DNA from: a virus
Lineage: Duplodnaviria; Caudoviricetes
DNA length: 30,201 nucleotides
Virus record (IMG/VR): IMGVR_UViG_3300020042_002184
Coordinates: 1 to 30,201 of that record
Direction: 5' to 3' (one strand)
The notes beneath the pieces were generated by a model. That model saw only the letters and a list, made by a program, of their open reading frames with translations. It ran no database searches and was not told the DNA's origin. This document shows positions 16,916 to 24,956 of the stretch, piece by piece (position 1 is the stretch's first letter; the number at the start of each line of letters is the position of its first letter). Position numbers and translations under genes: made by a program.

Positions 16916-18697
16916 ATGGCACTTCGACCTCTTGACCCGTCAATCGTTAATTTCTATCAGCCGCCTAAGTTAAACCTGCCTGATCCCGTGCAGGATTTGG
17001 CTCAATTTTCACAAATTACAAACGCCCAAAACCAAAACGCCTTGGCTCAGTACACTCTTGCCGCAGCGCGACGCGGGGAAGAGACAGAGAACGCGCTGAA
17101 CAAAGCGTACATGGAAGCGTACAACCCGCAAACAGGCCAAATTAATTTGGCGTTATTGCGCGGCAAACTGGCTACCGCTGGCGTTGGATCAAAACTTCCT
17201 GCAATTGAAAAGCAACTTGCGGAAGTTGAAAAAGAACAACTTGCTCGTAAAGAACAACTTGGAAAAGTTGTAAACCAAAGATTTGAACAATCAAAAGGAT
17301 TGCTGGCTAGTGTAAAAACGCCAGAACAATACATTGCATGGCATGAAGCCAATCATTCCGATCCTATTTTGGGCGAATATTTGAAAAGCCGAGGCGTGAC
17401 CGCTGAAAGTTCTCGCGCTCAAATTATGGCTGAACTTGCCCAACCTGGGGGATTGGAGCGTTTAATTGCAAGAAGCGCAACTGCGTTGGACAAAATGCCG
17501 GCGTTGTTAGATCAAGAACGTGAACGTGCTGTTCTTGATGGACGCGCACCCACGCAACCAATGGCTGCGCCAGCTACCAATGCTTTGGCCCCAACCGCGC
17601 CACAACCGCAAACAGTTAGCAACGCAATGATTGCGCCTGTACAAACTGCCGCCGTTCCAACACCGGCTGTTACGGCTATGCCAGCGGTATCTGGGTTGCA
17701 AGGTGAACTAAGCAAGGTCAATGACGAAATTGCAAGACTTCAAAGCTCTGGTTTCGCTGGACTTTCTGGTGTTCAAGCAAGAATTAAAGCTCTTGAAGAC
17801 CAAAAAGCAAAGTTGTTTACGGCTATCACCCAAGAAAGACAGGCTGATACTTCTGCTCAACAAGCCAAATTAGCTGCCGATCGTTTGGCATTTGACCAAT
17901 TAACAGCAGCAGATTTCAAAAACACCCCTGCTGGTGTTGTTAGGATTGATAAAATTACTAGCAAAACAGAAATTGTTAAAGATGCGAATGGCAGACCAGT
18001 CATGGACGTTTCTGCCGCTCAAGCAGAAGAAACTCGTAGAGCCAATCTTGAACAAGAAAGAGTTGCTAGGTTTAACGCAAAGATTGCATCGGACCGGCAA
18101 AAACTTGAGCAATACAAAGTTGACAACCCAGAAAAAGAAATTAAAGAGGCAGACGGGGTTTTTGTTGCAGTTGATAAAAGAACCGGAAAAGGCACACCTA
18201 TTACAGTCGGCGGCAAACCATTGGAATCTGGTAAGGCATTGAATGAATCGCAAGGCAGTTCGGTAGCTTATGGCATACGGATGAAAGAAGCCAATTCAAA
18301 TATTGAAAGACTTGCAGGCGAAGGGACCGAAATGGCTGCAATTGGCGCTGGCACTCGATATGGGATTGGTGGACTTGTCAACGCGGCGACGGCAAGTCCG
18401 CAGCAGCAACAATTTCAACAAGCAAAACGTAACTTTATTACCGCAGTTCTGCGTAAGGAATCTGGCGCTGTAATTGGTCAAGATGAATTTGAAATGGAAG
18501 ATCAAAAATATTTTCGTCAAATTGGCGACAGCGATGCCGTTGCGGCACAGAAAAAACAAGCTAGGCAGACTGCCATCCGAGCAATGGAAATTCAAGCTGG
18601 CCCAGGTGCTAAAGAGATTCAAAAATTTGAACCTCGCGGTTCTTCTTCTGGTGCTGCAACTGGTGCTGACCCGCTTGGGTTATTTGGGAAAAAATAA
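16916..18697 (+). CDS. DNA ejection protein, gp20 position
   Basis: Ala/Gln-rich helical protein with a Pro/Ala/Thr linker; C-terminal NFITAVLRKESGAVIG..EF...KYF domain; synteny. Confidence 0.65.
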   Translation: MALRPLDPSIVNFYQPPKLNLPDPVQDLAQFSQITNAQNQNALAQYTLAAARRGEETENALNKAYMEAYNPQTGQINLALLRGKLATAGVGSKLPAIEKQLAEVEKEQLARKEQLGKVVNQRFEQSKGLLASVKTPEQYIAWHEANHSDPILGEYLKSRGVTAESSRAQIMAELAQPGGLERLIARSATALDKMPALLDQERERAVLDGRAPTQPMAAPATNALAPTAPQPQTVSNAMIAPVQTAAVPTPAVTAMPAVSGLQGELSKVNDEIARLQSSGFAGLSGVQARIKALEDQKAKLFTAITQERQADTSAQQAKLAADRLAFDQLTAADFKNTPAGVVRIDKITSKTEIVKDANGRPVMDVSAAQAEETRRANLEQERVARFNAKIASDRQKLEQYKVDNPEKEIKEADGVFVAVDKRTGKGTPITVGGKPLESGKALNESQGSSVAYGIRMKEANSNIERLAGEGTEMAAIGAGTRYGIGGLVNAATASPQQQQFQQAKRNFITAVLRKESGAVIGQDEFEMEDQKYFRQIGDSDAVAAQKKQARQTAIRAMEIQAGPGAKEIQKFEPRGSSSGAATGADPLGLFGKK

Positions 18698-20499
18698 TGC
18701 CTTCAATTCTGGAAATCCGTGAAAAATTTCCGATGTATTCGGAAGTTCCAGATTTGGAATTGGTTGATGCGCTGCATCAAAAATTCTACTTGTCAATTCC
18801 AAAGGCAGATTTTTACAAGCAAACCGGAATCGCGGGGACCGCAAGTCAGATCCCAGGGACAATTACGCTGCCGCCAAAGCCAGAGAAAGAATCTTCTTTT
18901 ATGGCTCGCGTGGCTGGCCTTCCAGAAACCGCTGCGACCATTATTTCTGGTGGAACTAGTGGGTTAGCAGGGCAAGTCGCTGGTATTTTTGGCGGTAAGT
19001 TGGGTCAAGGCCCAAACGTCAAGTTGGCCGAAAAGGTCATGGAGGCTGGAACGTACCAGCCTAGTGGTGCCGGCGCACAAGCCAACCTTCAATCACTTGG
19101 TGCTATAGGTTCTGCGCTGCCTGGGTTTATTCCAGTTGTTGGTCAAGCCGGACAAGTTGCACAAGGATTTAACGCGCTTGCCGCACGAACTACGCCAGCA
19201 GCGCAACGCGCCGTTCAAACGGTGCAGAACGCTCTTGTACGGACGCCAGAACCTCAAATGGCTGGTGGTGGCGCGGCTTTGACGCAAGAGGCATTGTTGC
19301 GGGCAGAGCGCGCCCAACGTCAGGGCATCCCGCTGACTAAGGGCGAGCAAACTCAAAGTTTGGCCCAACAGCAACTTGAACAAGATTTGCTAAAATCAAA
19401 TAAGCCTCAGTTGGTAGCACCACTTACCAACCTTAAGCAACAGCAACAAGAAGCAATCGGTAAGCAGTTTCAAAAACTAACCGAGGCAACTGGCTCAACC
19501 GTGGCTGATGTTGACCCAATTTATCTGCGCGACGTTGGCAAGATTGTTGATAAGCCGTTGATGGCAGAGTACGAAAAATCAATTGCCAATTATCGCAGCA
19601 AATACGACGCAGCAGACAACGCTGGCGAGACTTTGCAAGAGGTTCCGTATCAAAATCTTGTTGATTACATCAACAAGCAAACCGCAACAACCAGAACTTC
19701 TCTTGCCCCGATTTTGCAAGATACGCTTGAGCAACTCAAGATTAACGATCCAAACGGAACTGGCAACATTTCCATTCGGGCGCTTGAGGATGTGTACCAA
19801 AACATCGGCAAGAAAGCGCAACCAGGGACGCCAAACTCAACTTACGGCAAAGACCTAAAAAATCTGATTGATCAAACAACCGAAGGCGCTGGCGGCGATC
19901 TGTACAAAGAAGCTCGCGCTGCTCGCCGTCAGTTTGCCAAAGAGTTTGAAGACGTTGCAGCCGTTGCCAAACTGGTTGGAAGCAAAGGCGAAGATCGCCT
20001 TGTCCGATTGTCTGACGTTTTTGACAAAGTGGTTCTTGGCAGCACCAAAGAAGATGTTCAGCACATCACCTCATTGCTCAAACGCGCCGGCCCAGAGGGT
20101 CAACAAGCAATCAACGAACTAAAAGGTCAGACCGTCCAATGGCTTAAAGGTCAGGCGACCGGCGTAAACGGCATTACCAAGTTTGACAACTTCCGCAAGG
20201 CAGTTGACAAGTTGGAACGTGAAGATAAATTGACTGAGTTGTTTGGCAAGGATGGGCGTGAGCAGATTCTTGATCTACGCGATACGGTCAAAGACGCAAT
20301 GGTCAAACAACCTGGCGCTGTCAACTATTCCAACACGGCCAGCGCACTAATGCGCGGTCTTGAGAATATTGCTTTGCGTGTCCCTGGTGCCAAAACAGTT
20401 GCAGAACTGCGTCAAGACTACAAAACCAAAAAACAAGCCAAAGAAGCCGCAACCTTCAACGCCTTAGCCCCCGCCAACCAAAACAAATTGGTCCCATGA
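18697..20499 (+). CDS. DNA ejection protein, gp16 position
   Basis: Gly/Ala-rich membrane-like segments, GIPLTKGEQT and VNYSNTA motifs; last of three ejection genes; TAATG overlap. Confidence 0.65.
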   Translation: MPSILEIREKFPMYSEVPDLELVDALHQKFYLSIPKADFYKQTGIAGTASQIPGTITLPPKPEKESSFMARVAGLPETAATIISGGTSGLAGQVAGIFGGKLGQGPNVKLAEKVMEAGTYQPSGAGAQANLQSLGAIGSALPGFIPVVGQAGQVAQGFNALAARTTPAAQRAVQTVQNALVRTPEPQMAGGGAALTQEALLRAERAQRQGIPLTKGEQTQSLAQQQLEQDLLKSNKPQLVAPLTNLKQQQQEAIGKQFQKLTEATGSTVADVDPIYLRDVGKIVDKPLMAEYEKSIANYRSKYDAADNAGETLQEVPYQNLVDYINKQTATTRTSLAPILQDTLEQLKINDPNGTGNISIRALEDVYQNIGKKAQPGTPNSTYGKDLKNLIDQTTEGAGGDLYKEARAARRQFAKEFEDVAAVAKLVGSKGEDRLVRLSDVFDKVVLGSTKEDVQHITSLLKRAGPEGQQAINELKGQTVQWLKGQATGVNGITKFDNFRKAVDKLEREDKLTELFGKDGREQILDLRDTVKDAMVKQPGAVNYSNTASALMRGLENIALRVPGAKTVAELRQDYKTKKQAKEAATFNALAPANQNKLVP

Positions 20500-20687
20500 T
20501 GGTTACTCTCACCGAAGTTGATCACAAAATTAACGCCCACGTTGATGTCTGCGCCGTAAGGTACGAAGGCATCGAAAAGGAAACCAAAGGCATCCACGCC
20601 CGAATCAAGCGGCTGGAACAGATTTTGATCTCAGGTGGCGGGGCGATTATTTTATTGCTGGTTACGATGCTGACCAGAGGTCATTAA
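20496..20687 (+). CDS. XhlA-like/holin-like small membrane protein
   Basis: HVDVCAVRY..RIKRLE coiled coil followed by a C-terminal hydrophobic helix. Confidence 0.65.
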   Translation: MMVTLTEVDHKINAHVDVCAVRYEGIEKETKGIHARIKRLEQILISGGGAIILLLVTMLTRGH

Positions 20688-20736
20688 ACGGTAATCGTCA
20701 TTTCGTAAGATGAAGTTCCTTTTCTTGGAGCCTGAC

Positions 20737-20964
20737 ATGAAAGACGACATTCTTGACGCGATCAATGACTCTGAACCAGTTGATGCCTTGAACGCTCTGT
20801 TCTCGGTGGCGTTCCTTGTTGCTAAAGCATCGAACATCAACGAGTTCACCCTGTCCTCGCTGTTCTCTTCAACCGCCGACGCACTCTTCCAAGCCCACGC
20901 TAATGACGAAGTGGAAGCCGAAGAAGTTGAGGCCGAAGAAGTTGACGAACAGACCGACGAGTAA
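20737..20964 (+). CDS. Very acidic 75-aa hypothetical protein
   Basis: GGAG RBS at 20727-20730 favours ATG 20737; 20 D/E, 2 K, 0 R; followed by a hairpin. Confidence 0.7.
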   Translation: MKDDILDAINDSEPVDALNALFSVAFLVAKASNINEFTLSSLFSSTADALFQAHANDEVEAEEVEAEEVDEQTDE

Positions 20965-20970
20965 TAGTTA

Positions 20971-20995
20971 GGCCCCCCGACGACCTCGGGGGGTC
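20971..20995 (+). terminator. GC-rich hairpin after the acidic ORF
   Basis: CCCCCCGA-CGACC-TCGGGGGG, with no U tract. Confidence 0.5.
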
Positions 20996-21053
20996 ACCTA
21001 ACCGCAACAAAACTGTGATATTTGCTGTGGTTCTTCTACAAGGATGAAGAATC

Positions 21054-22004
21054 ATGAAAATGAAAATTACAGACGAAGAATTTTTGCGGTTATGGAACGA
21101 ACACAAATCACCGCTTAAAGTAGCCAAAGCAACTGGCCTTTCTGAACGCCGCGTCCACACTCGGCGGCGTTCACTAGAAAGTAAGTTAAAAATCAACTTA
21201 CTGAGCGGCAAACCAGTACACATTCAAAAAGCGCGGCACGAGGCTGGCCTGACTGATGGCATCGCCATCATTTTCTCCGACGCGCACTTCTGGCCCGGCA
21301 TCCGCACAACTGCTTTCAAGGGCTTGCTATGGGCAATAAACGAACTTAAACCGCACGTTGTCATAGCCAACGGCGATATTTTTGACGGAAGTTCGATCAG
21401 CAGACACGCCAGAATAAATTGGAGCGCGGTCCCAAACGTCCAGCAGGAATTGAAAGCGTGTCAGGAAGCACTCAAAGAAATTGAAGACGCTTGCGAGAAG
21501 GCCCGCCATCACACCCAACTAATCTGGCCGCTAGGTAATCACGATAGCCGGTTTGAAACGCGCTTGTCCGAGGCTGCACCTCAATTTGAAGGCGTCGGCG
21601 GCACGGCGCTCAAGGATCATTTTCCCAAATGGCATCCGTGCTGGAGTTGTTGGCTGTCAGATAACGTAGTGGTCAAACACCGCTACAAGGGAGGCATTCA
21701 CGCTACCCATAACAACACGGTTAATTCTGGAGTCACAACTATCACTGGGCATCTGCACAGTCTTAAATGTACGCCGTTTTCGGATTTTCGAGGCGTCCGT
21801 TGGGGCGTTGACACCGGAACATTAGCGGAAATTGACGGACCGCAGTTTATTGACTACCTTGAAGATGGTCCGGTCAACTGGCGCAGCGGGTTTGCCGTAG
21901 TAACGATGAAAGACAGCAAACCGCTCTGGCCTGAGTTGGTCAGCAAACACGCTGAAGGTATAATTGACTTCCGTGGTCAACTTATTGATGTGAGCGAATT
22001 CTAA
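21054..22004 (+). CDS. Calcineurin-like metallophosphoesterase with an N-terminal HTH-like region
   Basis: All five motifs present: SDAH, NGDIFD, GNHD, VKH, GHLH; N-terminal KVAKATGLSERRVHTRRR. Confidence 0.88.
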   Translation: MKMKITDEEFLRLWNEHKSPLKVAKATGLSERRVHTRRRSLESKLKINLLSGKPVHIQKARHEAGLTDGIAIIFSDAHFWPGIRTTAFKGLLWAINELKPHVVIANGDIFDGSSISRHARINWSAVPNVQQELKACQEALKEIEDACEKARHHTQLIWPLGNHDSRFETRLSEAAPQFEGVGGTALKDHFPKWHPCWSCWLSDNVVVKHRYKGGIHATHNNTVNSGVTTITGHLHSLKCTPFSDFRGVRWGVDTGTLAEIDGPQFIDYLEDGPVNWRSGFAVVTMKDSKPLWPELVSKHAEGIIDFRGQLIDVSEF

Positions 22005-22519
22005 TGGCTGACTTCAACGCTGCTTTTGAACAGATGATCCGCGACGAAGGCGGCTACGTCTTACACACTATTCCCGGTGATACGGGTGGGATGACCTATG
22101 CTGGAATCGCACGAAACAAAAACCCCCAGTGGGGCGGGTGGAACCTCATTGATCACAAAGAAACCAACAATCCGCTCCTTACTGGGATGGTACGGGGATT
22201 TTATAAGACTGAGTTTTGGGATCGTTTACGAGGGGATGAGATTACGAACCAAACTGTTGCGGAATCGGTTTTCAACTTCGGTGTAAACACCGGCTTGTCA
22301 GTTGCGGTCAAGCTCGCGCAGTTGATTGTGGGTGCTACGCCAGACGGCGCAGTTGGCGACAAGACCGTAGAAAAGTTCAACAATGTTGAACCAGAAGCGT
22401 TTAGAAAATCTTACGCGCTGGCGAAGATTACGCGCTACGCTGACATCTGCAACAAGAACCGTACCCAGTCTAAATTTTTATTAGGCTGGATTAATCGCAC
22501 TCTGGCGGGGCTTAAGTAA
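22004..22519 (+). CDS. Endolysin, glycoside hydrolase family 108 with a C-terminal peptidoglycan-binding domain
   Basis: EGGY..D.GG.T..GI catalytic motif, FNFGVNTG and KFLLGWINR. Confidence 0.92.
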   Translation: MADFNAAFEQMIRDEGGYVLHTIPGDTGGMTYAGIARNKNPQWGGWNLIDHKETNNPLLTGMVRGFYKTEFWDRLRGDEITNQTVAESVFNFGVNTGLSVAVKLAQLIVGATPDGAVGDKTVEKFNNVEPEAFRKSYALAKITRYADICNKNRTQSKFLLGWINRTLAGLK

Positions 22520-22956
22520 TGGACCTGATCGGAATAGGGAGCATCATTGAAGGCGTGGGCAAGGTCGCGGGCGACCTCATTACGACAGACAAGGAACGCC
22601 TTCAAATGGCGTTGGAAGAGCGCAAGCTCGACCTTGAAGAAAAGCGCATTGACCAAGCTACAGACCTCGCGCAGGTGGACATCAATAAAATTGAAGCGGC
22701 GTCTAATAGCGTATTTGTCAGTGGCTGGCGTCCTGCTGTGGGCTGGGTTGGGGTTGCAGGTCTGGCTTACCAGTTTCTTGGCTACCCTCTGATGCAATGG
22801 GTCTGGGCTTTCGGGCAGGGCGTGGACTTGATCCCGAAGGGTCTGGCCGCACCGCCAGACCTCCAAGTTGAACAGTTGATGACTTTACTCGCCGGTTTGC
22901 TTGGTTTCGGTGGAATGCGAAGTTTTGAGAAATCCAAGGGCGTCGCGGCGAAGTAG
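22519..22956 (+). CDS. Holin, GTA 3TM family
   Basis: QVDINKIEA..FVSGWRPAVGWV and LLGFGGMRSFEK motifs. Confidence 0.88.
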   Translation: MDLIGIGSIIEGVGKVAGDLITTDKERLQMALEERKLDLEEKRIDQATDLAQVDINKIEAASNSVFVSGWRPAVGWVGVAGLAYQFLGYPLMQWVWAFGQGVDLIPKGLAAPPDLQVEQLMTLLAGLLGFGGMRSFEKSKGVAAK

Positions 22957-23094
22957 GTCGCGGTAGGCGTTAATTGCTGATTTTAGGTCGGCGTTTAGCG
23001 CCTCAATCTCTGCGTTAAGCAGGTTCATGCGTTCGGTTGATTCTTTGGCAAACTGCACAAGGTTTTCGTACTGCCACGTTTCAAAATTAGCCAT
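22885..23094 (-). CDS. Hypothetical coiled-coil protein
   Basis: ATG 23094 with GAGG RBS; last gene of the early operon; overlaps the holin 3' end. Confidence 0.65.
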   Translation of the reverse strand: MANFETWQYENLVQFAKESTERMNLLNAEIEALNADLKSAINAYRDLLRRDALGFLKTSHSTETKQTGE

Positions 23095-23392
23095 GCGTTT
23101 CCTCAAGAAGTGTAATTGAGTATTCTAGAAAATTTTCCTTCGGTAAATTTCTGAGGAAATATACCGGGTCTGGTTCGTTTTTAAACTGATGCGGGCGTTC
23201 CGGCCCTACAATCGCAAAATACGACCAAATGTCACCTTTGGACGTAGTGACCATGCGACGGTCAATTGATCCCTTTTCAAAAAGATGCCTTAATTTGCCG
23301 TTAAGGGTTGGCCTTGTTAAATGCGGAAACCGCATCTGAGGTACGGTCTTTTCACCGTTCTCAAGCAAGAATTGAACAATTTCATTTGTCAT
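23087..23392 (-). CDS. Putative winged-helix DNA-binding protein
   Basis: IVQFLLENGEKTV..TLNGKLRHLFEKGSIDR wHTH-like pattern. Confidence 0.55.
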   Translation of the reverse strand: MTNEIVQFLLENGEKTVPQMRFPHLTRPTLNGKLRHLFEKGSIDRRMVTTSKGDIWSYFAIVGPERPHQFKNEPDPVYFLRNLPKENFLEYSITLLEETHG

Positions 23393-23401
23393 TAAATTAT
23401 C

Positions 23402-23539
23402 TCAAAATAGTGCGTCCGGTACGCCGGACAAATCTAGTTTTGGTTTGCGGGGTAGTTTGCGAACGATGTGAGGGTACGGCGGCATATGCCATACCCACCG
23501 GATCACCTTGCCCTCATCGTCAAGGATGCCGTATCTCAT
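23402..23539 (-). CDS. 45-aa hypothetical protein (MRYGILDDEGKVIRWVWHMPPYPHIVRKLPRKPKLDLSGVPDALF)
   Basis: Translated by hand; ATGA overlap with the upstream gene, GGGAG RBS, fills the gap; below the ORF-track cutoff. Confidence 0.7.
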   Translation of the reverse strand: MRYGILDDEGKVIRWVWHMPPYPHIVRKLPRKPKLDLSGVPDALF

Positions 23540-23736
23540 AGCCAACTCCCCTGCAAAACATACGCCTTCTTGCCCATTTGGCGCACATCAATCTGGCGCA
23601 CCTTGAGCTTTAGTTTCTTGGCGTAGTACCGAGCACGGCCCAGTGATGGAGTACGGATGAAGTTCTTACCGCCGCCTTTTTGATAAGCAATCCACCGGCA
23701 CATAACGTAATACTGTTTCTTAGGGAGGCACTTCAT
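23536..23736 (-). CDS. Basic hypothetical protein
   Basis: ATGA coupling at both ends; GGGAG RBS. Confidence 0.6.
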   Translation of the reverse strand: MKCLPKKQYYVMCRWIAYQKGGGKNFIRTPSLGRARYYAKKLKLKVRQIDVRQMGKKAYVLQGSWL

Positions 23737-24071
23737 TTCTCTCCCCTTGCGCGGATACCGGCTGCAAACACATGGTCAAACCCATAAAACACATACTGCT
23801 CTTCACAGAACTTGGCGCACTCCTCCCGTTCCCGCTCCGCAGCTTGCCACTCTAATTCCTTCAATAGGTCTTCAATCGTGTCGCCATGCCCCGACGCGTA
23901 ACTGCGTTCGACCATCCAATTAGCCACCTTCTCCCGCTCATGCGCGGCGACAAGGTTGGCGAAGCGTTCAAGTTCGTGGGAATACACGTTGCGTGGATCT
24001 ACCGTATCTGATTGAGATGCCAAACGAATGCCAGCCTCCCGCGCCATACGGATGATGTCTTCGCGGGTCAT
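23733..24071 (-). CDS. Hypothetical protein of the MTREDIIRMAREAG..LERFA..ERE.CA..IRARG phage type
   Basis: Recognisable small-phage-protein motif; ATG 24071 overlaps the upstream stop. Confidence 0.75.
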   Translation of the reverse strand: MTREDIIRMAREAGIRLASQSDTVDPRNVYSHELERFANLVAAHEREKVANWMVERSYASGHGDTIEDLLKELEWQAAEREREECAKFCEEQYVFYGFDHVFAAGIRARGEK

Positions 24072-24319
24072 TTCCAACTTCCACCCCGCGCAGCCATTTG
24101 ACCAGCCAAGAACGCAGCCTTGTACGCCCCGTCGTGCGTATTTGATCTCATCAACTGTTCTTTAAGATGATTGATCTCAGTTTGAGATTGTTTGGTTGCC
24201 TCCTCCCAAGCTGCCTCCCATGCTTCCCACATAGGTGCTTCCCTTGGGTCATAACTACCAGCGGGAATGGTCTTGTGAATTACAGACCACCATTTACGCC
24301 ACGCTTCTGTTTTAGTCAT
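24068..24319 (-). CDS. Hypothetical Trp-rich protein
   Basis: AWRKWW..MWEAWEAAW motif; coupled start and stop. Confidence 0.65.
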   Translation of the reverse strand: MTKTEAWRKWWSVIHKTIPAGSYDPREAPMWEAWEAAWEEATKQSQTEINHLKEQLMRSNTHDGAYKAAFLAGQMAARGGSWK

Positions 24320-24636
24320 AGTCTTGCCTTTATCAAGATTTTGAGTTCTGAACTGCTAAACAAACGATCTTTGCCTTGAAAAATAATCTTTTCTGTCCAT
24401 GGCCTTGACCATAGGCATTGAAGCTCTGGAAGCACACGGGAGTTGAGCAACTCTTCGGTTGTGTACGTAACCATACCCAATCCCACCCATTTGTGCGGCT
24501 CAACATAATGCGGAACCACAATTTCATCGCTGTTAGGCAACCTAAACACAGGCTCTAGGTTGTAATCTGTATTGCGTTGATTTTGTTCTGCAAGGCTAGA
24601 TTTAACTTTAAATTCTGGTTTTTGTTTCTTGGTCAC
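24316..24636 (-). CDS. Hypothetical protein
   Basis: GTGA overlap with the VRR-NUC stop; GGAG RBS. Confidence 0.65.
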   Translation of the reverse strand: MTKKQKPEFKVKSSLAEQNQRNTDYNLEPVFRLPNSDEIVVPHYVEPHKWVGLGMVTYTTEELLNSRVLPELQCLWSRPWTEKIIFQGKDRLFSSSELKILIKARL

Positions 24637-24956
24637 TTCTGCTCTCCGATTTTGGTTTTGGCATCGTCAAACCCGTACCCCACAATGACCCGATGCCCGC
24701 AGCCCTGTAAGTAATTGATCCAGTCTTTCTGCTCTGGTCGTATTACACCTCCTTTCTGGCGTTTCATCTCAATCCACAAACCCCATAAGGGGACAAACAA
24801 ATCAGGAACTCCGGCGCTAACACCCTCTGCCTTTAACCTACTTGCCACACTAATGCTGCGCTTCTCACCGTTAGGGATAGCAAAAATCCGCACATCTGGA
24901 TAAGTTTGCCGAAACCAGCGAACCAGTTCGCGTTGCTCTTCATGCTCGGTTGGCAT
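24633..24956 (-). CDS. VRR-NUC domain nuclease
   Basis: EHEEQ..FAIPNG..LKAEGVSAGVPDL..IEMK..EQKDW PD-(D/E)xK motif; start probably ATG 24956. Confidence 0.9.
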   Translation of the reverse strand: MPTEHEEQRELVRWFRQTYPDVRIFAIPNGEKRSISVASRLKAEGVSAGVPDLFVPLWGLWIEMKRQKGGVIRPEQKDWINYLQGCGHRVIVGYGFDDAKTKIGEQK

